Origin: Octopus vulgaris
Taxonomy: Eukaryota
Length of the DNA stretch: 64,000 bases
Direction of reading: 5' to 3'
Assembly: GCA_951406725.2 (NCBI GenBank)
Contig: OX597833.1
Coordinates: 45,074,001 to 45,138,000, forward strand
The notes beneath the pieces are model-generated. The model saw only the letters and a program-made list of their open reading frames with translations. It had not been told where the DNA came from and searched no databases. Positions 39,237 to 52,030 of the stretch are shown piece after piece. The position numbers were made by a program, and so were the translations under genes. The first letter of the stretch is position 1. Each line of letters starts with the position of its first letter.

Positions 39237-39932
39237 CTGGTAAGAGAAAGAAACAAAAATAAAGAGTTGAAAGAAACTGGTAAAATGAGCTCAACAACAA
39301 TATGTAAAAACTGTAATAGTTTTTACATTGTCCTAACATGAAACTACATAAACATTGAAAACTTCAGACTTTCTAAAGCAGCTCTTATTTGTAGTTGGAT
39401 ATTCTTCTTAATACTAAAAAAACAATTAACCAAAGTATTGTGCCTGTAAGTTAGGTGTGTTACTCTGCTTTCTACAGTCAGCCTGGTTACAATTAACTCT
39501 TGCATGGTGGAATACTCAGTATTGCTGATCAGAGCAATGGAGACATTGTATGTCTTGAGCTGTGGATCTGTGAATTATAAATCAGCTAGGTTTGGACATA
39601 GTAAATTTTGAGCTATGGATCTAAAGAGCATAAGTTATTCAATCAACTGACTGCCTTCATGCTGTAGATCTGTTTGAAGAGGACCTACATATGGATACAT
39701 AACAATGACAACAACTTTATCAACAACTATAACTAATTCCAGTTTCTCAAAGGTGATGGAAATAGTAATAAACAACTACATTCTTGATCAATTTCGATAC
39801 CGTTCTCATGTGTACTGGACAATTCAATATTTTGTTATTGAACATTTTGGAACAAAAACATTTTTTTGTGCATGCTCATTTATATTGTAATTACATTTCT
39901 TTTTGAGTTGTCATATTTTGTGCCACATCTTG

Positions 39933-40214
39933 GGTACTAGTTAAGAAGAGTGGTCTCGGTGCGTGCACTCGCATACTCGCGCATCTGCGCTAGCTAGTCA
40001 TGACAAGTCAATTCTTACTTTATGTTTTATTTATTTTGTGTAAAAAATTCTTTGTTTCAAAAAGTTTATTTACTTTGTGTAAAAAAATTATTTATTTTGT
40101 GTTTTATTTACTTTGCTACATAGTCGTTGTAGGGATCGACTAGTCAGGACTAGTTAGCGCGGATGCGCGAGTAAGCAAGTGCGCCCACCAGGACCACTCT
40201 TCTTAAGTAGTACA
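39933..40214. mobile_element. MULE-like MITE with ~75-bp TIRs and 9-bp TSD
   Basis: cacatcttg|ggtactagttaagaagagtggtc ... gaccactcttcttaagtagtaca|cacatcttg. Confidence 0.8.
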
Positions 40215-40368
40215 CACATCTTGTGGGTGATTGGTAGCCATCTTGTTTCTGGTGCCACTACAATCTTTATATTCTCATGCTCTGCACTCAAGGGGGAGCC
40301 TTGTAGTGACTCCAAATTTCAGGCACCATTTTGGGATGTTCATCAGTGCATGTGAAAGGATTAGTGTC

Positions 40369-40408
40369 TTCCGGAAGGCCAGCCGGAAGTCCCTTATGCG
40401 CATGCGCA
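40369..40408. promoter_or_regulatory. Cluster of ETS (ttccggaa, ccggaagt) and NRF1 (tgcgcatgcgca) consensus motifs
   Basis: Exact motif matches within 40 bp in locally CpG-richer sequence. Function untested. Confidence 0.35.
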
Positions 40409-40879
40409 GTAATCAGCAGTAGCTAGCTTTTACCACTATTCTTTATTTTTGCTTCCTGCTGCCGAGAGAAACAGACGTGACCAGACAAGCTGTGTGTGAA
40501 GGCAAATAGACTTGGCGAGTTGTGAAGAATGCTTTCAACAATTGTGATTTAAACCGACTCTGCTGTTTCCACCCCAGGCGCCTAGGCTACCGATATCCAG
40601 AGATGAAATGCTTATTTCGGCGAAAATAAATTATTATTGTTATTTGTTCGGAGATTCGTGTTCCTGCTATTTTTCCTTTCTACGATGCACGATCGATGTA
40701 ATAAATGTGACAAATGAAAAATACACCGCTGATAGTTGTTGTTGACAATCAACAGCAGTAAGTTTATTCAGCTGAATACACGTCATTGATTGGTTGAAAT
40801 TACCGAAATAGGACAACTTTAACGTGAAATAACTTCGTAAATATAAGTTGTTCTCAAAAATGCTAAGAAAAAAAGATGT

Positions 40880-41292
40880 GGATCTTTTCGGTTTGAACGG
40901 CAGTTTTTCTAGCGGTGTCATATGAAATTGTCACCCATAATTATGACCCTAGTATCGATCTATTGCATTTCAATCTGTTTTAGGGTTAGGGGTGGGGGGA
41001 AGGGTATCATTTTTTTCTTCACAAATGTAAATAAACCCAATCTGTTTCTTAAACGAGGGACATATTCATATAGCACAGAATGTCTTCACCTCAATAGACG
41101 TCATTGATTTGTTGAAATTGCAGAAATTGAAGAAAAAAACAACAACAAATATCTTACAAACTATAGAATTTTCTCAGTAAAGCCAAGAGAAAAAGATGTT
41201 TTATAAACACATTCTACCAGTGTACGAAGTTTGAAAGTGTTTAGTTACGTTGAAATTATTTTTAAAAACTGCCTTTCAAACCGAAAAGATCC
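40880..41292. mobile_element. MITE with GGATC termini and 8-bp TSD (Merlin-like), nested in a related element
   Basis: aaagatgt|ggatcttttcggtttgaacggcagttttt ... aaaaactgcctttcaaaccgaaaagatcc|aaagatgt. Another terminus lies at 44374. Confidence 0.8.
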
Positions 41293-42090
41293 AAAGATGT
41301 TTTATATGATACATTCTACCAGTGTCCGAAGTTTCAAAGCGTTTAGTTACAAAAAATTATTTTTTAAATCCGTCGGTCGAAATCTAAATTGAATTTCAAG
41401 AGACAGGTTGTGAAACGGCCTTCTTACAATTTGCAGACGATATTGTCGGGTCCCTCGTATCATTAATAATACCTGATTGGTAAAAGTAAATTACCGCCCC
41501 TTGTATCGTCCGACGTGTTTGTATTCACCAGAGCCCGTTTCCCGTTCCTGTTTTATTTTTTAGTATAAAATATTTAAAAATGGATGAATCTTTCTAATTT
41601 TTTTTGCTTACATCATTTATTTTGTACATATTTTCCATTTTTTAAGCTTTTTTTTTAAAATTGTATTTTATTTTCTTGGAGCGGTGAGTTTCTAAAGGAG
41701 CGCCGACCCGGCGATGTGGGTTTCTGCAAAAAAAAAAAAATGGACGGGGTGACGGCCCACCATGTCCACCGTTTTGGGGTTCTAAAGATCTTAAAAGGGC
41801 TGATCATATAGTTTTAGCACTTTTTAAAGGTGGTTTTAGAGCAAAAACTGACTTTGTTTCTATGGTCCCTCCTTTTGAAATTCATAAAATGCTTTGTATA
41901 GTCCCTCCTTTTCTCCTCTTTAGTGGTTAAAAAAAAACATTGACTAGCGATGCATAAACTTCGATTATGTTTTCTGCTTGGAAATTTGCGGAGGCGTAAC
42001 TTCGGTGTAAAAACCGGATACATTTCAAGAAAGTGTTTTTTTTTTATATATGGGAGGGGGTGGGGGGAGAGAAGGGTTTCTCTTATCTTT

Positions 42091-42316
42091 CTTCTTTTTC
42101 TTTTTCTTTTTACTTGTTTCAGTCATTTGACTGCGGCCATGCTGGAGCACCGCCTTTAATCGAGCAACTCGACCCCGGGACTTATTCTTTTTTTTTTTTT
42201 TGTAAGCCCAGTACTTGTTCTATCGGTCTCTTTCGCCGAACCGCTAAGTAACGGGGACATAAACACACCTGCATCGGTTGTCAAGCAATGCTGGGGGGAC
42301 AAACACACACACACGC

Positions 42317-42347
<31 letters not shown>

Positions 42348-42497
42348 TACGACGGGCTTCTTTCAGTTTCCGTCTACCAAATCCACTCACAAGGCTTTGG
42401 TCGGCCCGAGGCTATAGTAGAAGACACTTACCGAAGGTGCCACGCAGTGGGACTGAACCCTGAACCATGTGGTTGGTAAACAAGCTACTTACCACAC
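42091..42497 (-). mobile_element. tRNA-derived SINE family A
   Basis: Reverse-complement homolog of 28845-29247. Confidence 0.85.
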
Positions 42498-43542
42498 ACA
42501 AAGTCACATGTGTACTTATACCGAAGGATCGCCCATACATTCATAAAAACAGAACAGGCACACACACACAGACAAGAACAAGCACACACACACAACCCAT
42601 TAGCTTTCTTCTCCACCTCTCAATTTAGCAGCATTCATGGTGATATTCGAAGTGAATTGTCGAGTTATACCGAAGATATCCGAGTTGACCTGTCAAAAGT
42701 TATCGAGTTATATCGAAGGAAAGCCGGTAAAAATTAACGTTGACAGTTTGTCGATAACTTCCGAAACATTTTTAAAGGATTAACTGGTTAACGCTTAACG
42801 AAGTTAACTTTTCGATTAACGACGCCCACCTTTGATTTTTGTGCATATATGATAATGATGATTTTCCACTCGAGACCGACGATGATCATCACTGACCAAA
42901 ACCTATGCAAAATGTCAACAATGCCTGTACAAAATTTTAGATCCAATAAGACTTCGGAAAGACTTCCGCCCCACCCCATTTTCTCCAAAATTTGTTTATG
43001 TAAAAAAATTTTTTTGCCAAAAATCCCCGTTTTCGGGAAAATTGCCAAAAATCGGCATTGTAAAATCCCCCCCCCCCCCACCCCAGCTTCTTCAATTTTG
43101 ACTTTTTTCCCTAACCCTAACCCTAATCATAAGTACAGAAATGTTTTGAAATTTTTGTCCGAGTCATAATATCCATATTTTTCCACATATTTAGTGGGAA
43201 AAAATCTATAAAGATTTTGGGAAATTTTTTACAGAATCATAATCTCCGTATTTTTCCAGATATTTTGAAGAAAAAAATTCTTAAAAAAGTTCAAAATGAA
43301 TGGAATGGAGGTGGGGGTGATAATAAAGAAATGTCGGTTTTTGCCAATTTTTTTGCAGATTCGTATTCCCCGTAGCCGAAAAGGTGGGGGGCGTCAAAAA
43401 AAAAACTTTTTTAAAGGGTGGTTGAGGAAGTTTTGCCAAGCCTTCCATGACACCTCATAGGCGCTTTCCACCTTACGTGATCCACAAGTGCTCATGATTT
43501 TCAGATTCAGGATTGTGGGTGGGATCGCTGTGATCTCAAGAT

Positions 43543-43575
<33 letters not shown>

Positions 43576-45236
43576 ATGTACATATATAAAACCAGTATTA
43601 CATATACTAGCAGAAACCCCACCCCAAAACACTAACCATATAATTCCATTGCTATATAAAAATGTAACCAAGTTTAAATTAAGAAAATTAACACCTTACC
43701 AACGTCACCCATAATTTTGTTGTTATGTCACCGGTGTAAGAATCTCCGAGCCAGAGTCGTAGATAGTTCGATCTCTGTTTGCAATATAGAGTGCAAAGCG
43801 CAGTATCGTCTGTTCATAGGGCACTCACATTTAAATGGCGATAAACATTACCTCTCAGTATAAATATTACTGCCGTCTCCAACAGAGATTTTCTTAACGA
43901 GCTGCCTTTTCTTTTTAATCTCTAATTAGTTTTGTCTTTCTCTCAAGCTGTGTCCGCCTATCACACAAGTTATCGCGGATTTTTCTTTTGCTGACAGATA
44001 TTTAGAAAATTTACATTTAAGTGAATCCTTCCAATTAGATATATTCAGGCAATGCTGGCAACACTTCCGCGTTCTTAAAACTGAAACTATTTGTTCGGCA
44101 ATTTTCGTAAATATTTATTTTTCAGCTGAACCGCTTATGTTTATGTAATTTTTTGTATATGTATGTGTTTATGTGCATGTGTGAAACGCATACATACAGA
44201 AATATACATACATGCACATAAATACATACATATACTTATATACATAAATATACATTCACACGCGCGCGAAAAAGTTTTACGGAAATTGCCGAACAAAGAA
44301 CGTCACTTTTCACGGCCCTTTTCCGAAAGAATTCGGTAATTTTTCACGCTCAATCCGTCTTTGAAATTCATTTGGATCTTTTCGGTTTGAACGGCAGTTT
44401 TTCACATAATTTCTCGGTAACTAAAAAGTTTTAAACTTCGTATACTGGTAGAATGTGTTTATAAAACATCCTTTTCTCTTTGCTTTATTGAGAAAATTCT
44501 ATAGTTTGTAAGATATTTTCTTCAATTTTGGCAATTTCAATAACTTAAAAATGTGCAGTCATACAGACCGTCTGCAAATGCGCACGTGCAGCAAACTGAC
44601 AGGTGTAAAATTATCTCCGTCCAATCAAAAAACAGCCATTTTGCCATTTATAGATATAGAGATTTTAAGCAAAAGTTTAGAAATTCTCTGGGAAACTGGA
44701 AAATCCAGAATCCGGGACAGATCCGGTCCTAAATTGGATAAATTGGTCTGGTACAGTATTGAGGTGTGGTGCACAACAAAGGGAAGGAAATGCAGAGTTT
44801 TAATGAGTTACTTCCCTTGCAATGGTTTAATTCTTTTTAGATTAAACTGCTGGATTAAGTGAGTTATGTCCCTTGTATTAAAGACTCGTTACCTGAAACA
44901 TAAGGGGTCGGTTTATCGATTTTTTAAAAATAGCTTTCAGGGGTAACTGGGGAAATGAAAAGATCTTCACAACCACCCTTGGACGGTTTTGAATGACCAT
45001 AGAAAGTGCGAGCCCTCTAACTGAAAAATTGTGGATTTGTATAAAGGACACTCACACACAGACAGATATTTTGCCGTTTATATATAGAGAGATTTGGGGC
45101 AAAAATGACTTTCATTTTCATAATCAGAATACATAAGTGCAGTGCACACCAAATTTGAACAAAATAGAAACCAAATAAAAATTAAAAATAGAAAACTGTG
45201 ACAGCAACAGAAAAGATCCAAGTGCTTTATACCATA

Positions 45237-45631
45237 CTAGCATTATCGCCCGGCGTTGCCCGGATTGTAAGGGAAATAACTATATAAGCATTTTTAGAGA
45301 GTTATAGCCAAAAAATAGCAAAAAAATGCATTAAAAATTGAAAAAAAAATTAAGGTAAATTTTTTTTAAATCGTTGACACATCGTAGATATTTTTAGAGA
45401 GTTACTTCCCTTATATAAAAGCGAAAAAAATGCATTAAAATGGAAAAATATGATGGTAAATTTTTTTTAAATCGGAGACTCATCGTAGACGCACGCTAAT
45501 ACCCAGAAGGGCTCGATATGAATCACGACTATAAGATACCCGCTTTTGGTTAAACTGCACCGCAAAATGTGGGAGTAGTTAGGAATCTAAATCGTAGGAG
45601 ACAGACACACAACTTCACTCTTATATAAAGA
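45237..45631 (-). mobile_element. Complete non-autonomous Helitron-like element
   Basis: Minus strand A|TC...CTAG|T with a GC-rich subterminal hairpin (gcccggcgttgcccgg). Homologous to the 25496 and 57398 copies. Further Helitron-like ends at ~43607, 45091 and 46481. Confidence 0.75.
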
Positions 45632-46851
45632 TGCTTTTTTTTTCAGTCATAGAGTTAGATTTATGAAGGTCTTCAGTAGAAAATCCTTCGAATTCTGACT
45701 CGCTGCTTGATATAATGAAATTCGTATCCATTTTTTGTCAGAATTACAAATTTTGAAAACACAATAGGAAATGAGTAAAATAAAAACCAACTTACCTTTT
45801 CTGTCCGTCCGTGTGTCTTTGCAAATGTATTGGAATAATAAGTGAGTTGTGATTTGGCGCCTTTTTTACTAATAACAAACACACACGTGTTTGTATGTAG
45901 TTGTATATGTATGTGTATGCGTGTGTGTGAGGAATGACACACACACACTCACGCACGCACACATGTACATCAATGCTTTCGGAGTGATATGTTAAAATAT
46001 TGAGTTTTCTCGAATTTTGTCTTAATTGGTGGTAAAATTGAAAGAAATTTTTTATGGCATCACCCACTGAAGTACTCTGAAAAATCTTAGGTAAACTCTA
46101 ATTGAAGAAATTGTGTATTTATTTGTTTCTGTTTGCTGTGTTTTTTTATTTTTTGAGTAGTGGTTTAAATACTTTCACTTTAGTCTTCCTCAAATCACTC
46201 TGTCGCTATTTACTTTCATTTTATTCGTCGCACACTGTGTGTGTGCGTTTGCGTGTGGTGTAAACCAGACTAAGAAAAGCATTTGACACACACACCAGAA
46301 TGTGAGTTTTCTGTAAATTTTGCTTAATTGGAGTTTAAATTTTAAAAACTGGACCTGGCATGACGCGATGCATTGTACTCTTAAAAATGCTAGGTAAATT
46401 GTAATTGAAGAAATCCTATATTGTAGATTTGTATAACTCCCAAAGGGAGGCAGATAAAATCTGCCTTTTATAATAAGAGATTAGCAATACATCCTGGCGT
46501 TGCCTGGGTATATGACCTAGAAGCACTTGTATTATTTGCTCCTTTCTTATGTGCATAATCGGCACAGCTGATAAATAGTTCATGGAATAATAGAAGTTAT
46601 TTTTTGTTTAATAGTGAAGGGTGAGGCTACAATTTGCATGGGTTTCAATGAAAGTGCTTTCTGTTCTAAAGAAGGATCACAAACTACGTTTTGTTTCATC
46701 ATATTAAGGTGAGTTAATACGATTTCGTCCAGAAATGACGTTTTCAAAATTTTAGTATCCCTCTATTTCCACCGTAATTTCTTAATTTGTAACTTTTTTT
46801 CAAATTTTTTTTTTAATCTACGTAGAAAAATACAGAGATTACGAACCGGGG

Positions 46852-46888
<37 letters not shown>

Positions 46889-47119
46889 AGAAAAATGAGT
46901 TCAGAAAGAACAATTCAAACATTTGGGGGTGGATTCAAAAAGAGAGAAAACATTATTTCTTATAAAGATTCATCATATTCATAAAAGTCAGCCAGAGCAA
47001 GTAATAACAATATGAAAATAATATTTGAGAAGTTTCGTTATACGTATAAATCTATACCATAAAGAAGTATAAAAATGGAGAAAAAATGTTGAATCAGAAA
47101 TAGATTTATTACAAAACTG

Positions 47120-47233
47120 GATTCAATGCATACGTACGTTTCGAAAAACAATGCGAATGTGTAAGAAACAAATTTTAATCATAGTAATTATAATTAAATT
47201 TATGCATTATCATTCTCATCGGTGTGAGGAATC
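47120..47233 (-). ncRNA. Degenerate hammerhead ribozyme motif in a Penelope-like remnant (~46885-47275)
   Basis: Minus strand CCGATGA (one mismatch to the core), long stem II (gaatgataatgc/gcattgtttttc), then GAAA-C-gtac-GTA. Confidence 0.5.
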
Positions 47234-47276
47234 TCTTGGAGAACATCAAGAAAGTTTAATAAGATGAAACAGAATT

Positions 47277-48853
47277 TACTCTGAGCGAGAGGATCTTTGT
47301 CAGCAGCAGAGGTAAGAGCTCCCTGAACCTAACCCAGGCTATTCTTATTCTAGCAGCTACACTTTCAGTGCACCCTCCCCTGCTACTGACTTGGTCACCT
47401 AGGTAATGGAAGCTATCAACTACTTCTAGTTTTTCTCCCTGGAATGTGGCGGAAGTTGTTCTCTGCACATTTTCAGTGTTATTTATAGCTCCCGAGCATC
47501 TGCCACATATGAAAACTATCCTCCTAGTTAGCCTTCCTTTGATATTGCTGCACCTCTTATGTGTCCATAGCTTATGCTGGGTACATCTTATAGAGTTTCT
47601 ACCTACGCCTTTTCTACAGATCGAGCAGGGCCATCTACCTGAAGGGATTTGTGGTTTGCCTGACTTCCTACTTATTAGGACTTTGGTTTTAGTTAAGGTT
47701 GACTCTAGGGCCCTTCGATTCTAAACCTTGTTTCCACACTTGAAACTTCTCTAGTTCTGATAGTGACTCAGCAATTAGAGCAAGGTCATCAGCATAGAGG
47801 AGCTCCCAGTGGCATCCTGTCTTGAATTCCTCCGTTATTGCCTGGAGGACTATGGTAAATAGGAGGGGGATGAGGACTGAGCCTTGGTGGACCCCTATCT
47901 CTACCCAGAATTCTTCACTGTACTCGTTGCCAACCCTCACCTTACTGACAGCGTCCCTGTACATGGCTTGCACAGCTCTCACTAACCATTCATCTATCCC
48001 TAGTTTCCTCATTGACCACCAGATAAGGGAACGGGGGACCCTGTCAAAGGTTTTCTCCATGTCAACGAAAGCCATGTGCACGGGCTTATCTTTAGCTAGG
48101 TATTTCTCCTGTAGCTGTCTAACCAGAAATATAGCATTAGTGGTGCTTTTCCCTGGTACGAAACCAAACTGCATCTCATCCAAACTGACTCTCTCCCTAA
48201 TTAGTTGGGCTATGACCCTCTCCGTGATCTTCATTACCTGATCCAAGAGCTTGATACCTCTGTAATTATTTGTATCTAAAGCGTCACCATTTCCTTTGTA
48301 GCAGTTGACTATAGTGCTGCTACACCAGTCATTGGGTATGACTCCTTCGTGTATCACCTGGAAGAATGGTGGTAGCAGAGAATTGTATCAGACTGCCAGA
48401 AGAGAAGCTAAACGTCAGGTTTATTTAGCCAGAGGGGAAGCAGATAAGAAAGAATTTGCCAATGTTCTGCACCGTGAGGACTAAAGACTTGAGGTATTTC
48501 ATGTTGCAAGACAGTGTGTGAGAGAGAATCGTGATGTTATAGGAGAGAAATGTGTCTGCATGGATGATGGTTCTCTTGCACTAAATGAGGCTGCAACGAG
48601 AGAGGTTTGAAGATGCCACTATGAAAGGTTGCTGAACAAAGAAAATGAATGGGAGAAAGAGAGCCTGTCGGTTGTCGACCCAACAGAGGAACCAGCTATC
48701 CGAGTTGACAGTACCTTGGTAGTTAAAGCAATTAAAATTATGAAGACAGGGAAAGCCCCCGGCTCATCAGGAATTACTGCAGAGATGCTCAAAATATCTG
48801 GCAGTATCGGCATTAGCCTGGTCACCCGTATAGTTAACCAGGTGATACACGAA
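47277..48853 (-). mobile_element. RTE LINE fragment with inverted 5' segment (47277-48361 minus, 48359-48853 plus)
   Basis: The minus part encodes QVIHEGVIPN...YADDL...LSLRV. The plus part encodes the immediately upstream ORF region ending VNQVIHE. Confidence 0.9.
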
Positions 48854-49321
48854 TGATAACAACAATAATAATAGTGGTGTTAAATGAGCCAAATTTTCAT
48901 ATTGGTAGTACTTGAAAGTGAACGTAGCTGGTTGTTTGAATTCAAGGCTACAAGTAAACTTTCAATATCGGCGCATTTCACTGTTAGGGGTGGGGACGTT
49001 ACATACATAATCTAAGAAACACACATGCATACATTAATGTACACCTGAAACCTATCTCTCTCCCTGCGTGTATTGTTCTTTGTCTTGAAATGTGTGTGTG
49101 TTTGTGTGAATGTGTTAGTCGTTGCAAAAATGTGTACTGAGAGACACATACACTGTCACACACATATACTTGTCAGTCATCAGCCTAACATAGATAACGA
49201 ACATGCGAACACACTCATAGAGAAAATGTGACGTCATCGTCATTATAGTGGTAATATAAAATGTCGTTTACAATAGGTAACTAAAAGAAAAATGATAATG
49301 TTATATTTTTATAATGCAAAT

Positions 49322-49675
49322 ATCATCATCATCATCATCATCATCGTTTGGCATCCGCTTTCCATGCTGGCATGGGTTGGACGGTGCAACTGGGTTTGGG
49401 AAGCTAGAAGGCTGCACCAGGCCCAGTCTGATCTGGCAATGTTTCTACGGCTGGATGCCCCTCCTAACGCCAACCACTCCATGAGTGTAGTGGGTGCTTT
49501 TTACGTGCCACCGGCACGGAGGCCAGTTGAGGCTGGCAACGGCCACGATCGGATGGTGCTTTTTATGTGCCACTGGCACAGAGGCAGTCAGGACGGCGCT
49601 GGCAAAGGCTACATTCGTTCTCTTATGTGCCACCGGCACTGGTATCACAGCTACGATTTCCATTGATGTTGATCG
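49322..49675 (-). mobile_element. RTE 3' UTR fragment with (GAT)n tail
   Basis: Matches 18951-19375. Confidence 0.85.
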
Positions 49676-50060
49676 ATTAAAATATAGTTTAGTTGGTAGC
49701 TAAAAGCTTACTAAATCTTTTGATACCCCTTATGTCAAAATCGGCAATTCGCTTTTAGAATGCATAAGGAACAAGTGCGCACACGCACACACATATACAC
49801 ACACATGCAAACTTTCTTTATAGAGTCGAGGGAAGTTGTGTCTCATTGTTGGCCGGTTTTAACCTTCTTTCTCCCTCTGGCCGTTTGTCTATAGTGGCTG
49901 CCTGCTTGTGGCAATGACTCTGGTTGTCTCTGTTCACTAACTGTTGCTCTCACTAACTGGATTCTGTCTGTTGTCGCCTCCTTTTTGCCAACCAACTTCT
50001 TCCTACGCTGTTTTAGTATTTATAACTATCCAAACTAGTTAGAAGGAGAGACATAGGTTA

Positions 50061-51340
50061 ATGTTGGCATTATTACCCAGAAACGAAATCGAATAAAAAA
50101 TAGCTCAACGGGTGTAAAAAAATAAAGGTGAGGGAAACGAATATGAAAACAAAAATGCGTGGAAAGCAACGGGGTGGGGTGGCGAGAGGACTTCGGAAAA
50201 TTCACAGGATCTGAGTTTTTCCCTCATAACTTTTAGGAAAATTGGGTTTTTTAATGAAATTTTAAATAAATAGCTTTCAAACGGCATACATTACGATTAT
50301 AACGAAATTTGTGGGTAAAAACATTTCCAAAGGGGTGGAGGGAGGACTTCAGAAAATTCTCAAGATCCGATGCTTTTTCCCTCATAACTTTAAGGAAAAT
50401 GGATATCTTTTAATGAAATTGTATATAAATACCTTTCAAACAACATGCATTATGGGTGCCTTATCTGCCATAAGCCCCTTATTCTTGTTTGGAAAGGTGG
50501 GGGGCAATAAATGCGTATTTGAATGTGCAAAACTGCATTAGGCGCTTTTTCTTTACCCATATTTTAAGATAACATTTTGCAGAAATAAGTTTTCTAGATT
50601 GTGGATAACATTAGATTGAAAATTCAAACAAGTTTGAAAAGAATAATAAGTGAAAATGCTGAAGTTATTAAAATTAGTGGTAATGAAGTCTGAACAGGAG
50701 AGAAAGAATGATACAAAATCCTTATAAAACCACGTTAGTGTTTGTGTGTGTGAAACAAGTAAAATTATAATATTCAAACAAAATATCTTTTACATACCTC
50801 TTAAAAATCACTGGATATATTGATTGCAGATTGTGGCATATTAGGTCACCGTAATTCAATCATCGAAAAAAAGAAAAACATTTTCCAATAATTCCGGTTT
50901 CTCCCACCCCTCTTTTTCCGAACAAAAAAAAGGGGCTTGTGGCACATTAGGCATCCATAATGCATGCCATTTGAAAGGTATATATATATATACAATTTCA
51001 TTAAAAAATATCCATTTTCCTTAAAGTTACAAGGGAAAAACATTGGATCTTGTGAATTTTCCGAAGTCATCCTCCCACTCCTTCGGAAAAGATTTTACCT
51101 ACAAATTTCATAATAATCGTAATGTATGTGCTTTTTGAAAGGAATTTATATTAAATTTCATTAAAAAAAAACATTTTCCTAAAAGTTATGAGGGAAAAAC
51201 TCGGCTCTTGTTAATTTTCCAAAGTCCTCTCCTCCTCCCACCCTGTTGATTTTTGTTTTCAAATTCGTTTTCTACACCTTTCTTAACACCTGTTGAGCAA
51301 TTTTTTTTTCGATCTAGTTTCTGGGTAATAATGCTAACAT
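50061..51340. mobile_element. Foldback-type non-autonomous DNA transposon with ~430-bp modular TIRs
   Basis: atgttggcattattacccagaaac / gtttctgggtaataatgctaacat termini. Each arm holds two ~157-bp direct subrepeats (gaggacttc.gaaaatt...ccctcataactt). Confidence 0.75.
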
Positions 51341-51569
51341 ATTGTTGAGAACAATGAATTTCATTGGTGGTCTGTTATCTCTATTCTAGTTTTTGGAGGG
51401 TTAGAAGGGTCAAGTGAGAAAGACATTATTCTACTTAGTGAAGGCATCTGGAAATGTAACTGCTGTCACTCACAGAAAAACTATTGTTTTACCATGAGAA
51501 AAGTGGTGTTGAACTGTTAAGTGAAATTTGGCACTCAAGGATCAAATCCACGCCATGCCTGCATGAAGC

Positions 51570-51624
<55 letters not shown>

Positions 51625-51802
51625 AACATTATATATATAAATTAGAGAAAAAAAAACACCTTTTATCAATGCAATAGTGAAAAATTAAATTATACCATTT
51701 AGAAAAACTACATCTTATAGAATAATTAAATATAAGAGAAAACATATAACAATGATTAAGTAATGTGCAAAAAAATAAATAAAGCATATATATTTAATAG
51801 AC

Positions 51803-51897
51803 TAACTACACGTGTTTCGTGGCTATATTTAAGAAATGATGATAGTAATAATTATAGTAAAATCACTTCAATATAAATATAGTCACTCTTCAGGTTA
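51803..51897 (-). ncRNA. Minimal type I hammerhead ribozyme, intact core, in a Penelope-like remnant (~51630-51975)
   Basis: Minus strand: taac-CTGAAGA-gtgactatattta...taaatatagccac-GAAA-C-acgt-GTA-gtta. Confidence 0.8.
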
Positions 51898-51974
51898 AAG
51901 ATAAAAACAATGAAATAATTAATTAGATAAATTAATAAATATGTGTAAATAATCTTATTCCCTCATATTATTAT

Positions 51975-52029
<55 letters not shown>

Positions 52030-52030
<1 letters not shown>

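Noticed and set aside
39431-39684. Possible upstream exon of the ankyrin gene with three agatc.a.agc repeats
   Set aside because: A phase-compatible but weak donor (gttaat) exists, yet the frames I checked contain stops. It might be UTR or a decayed exon and cannot be supported.
40980-43126. TTAGGG/CCCTAA repeats at ~40980 and ~43109
   Set aside because: Only 2-3 units inside transposon-like sequence, so not telomeric.
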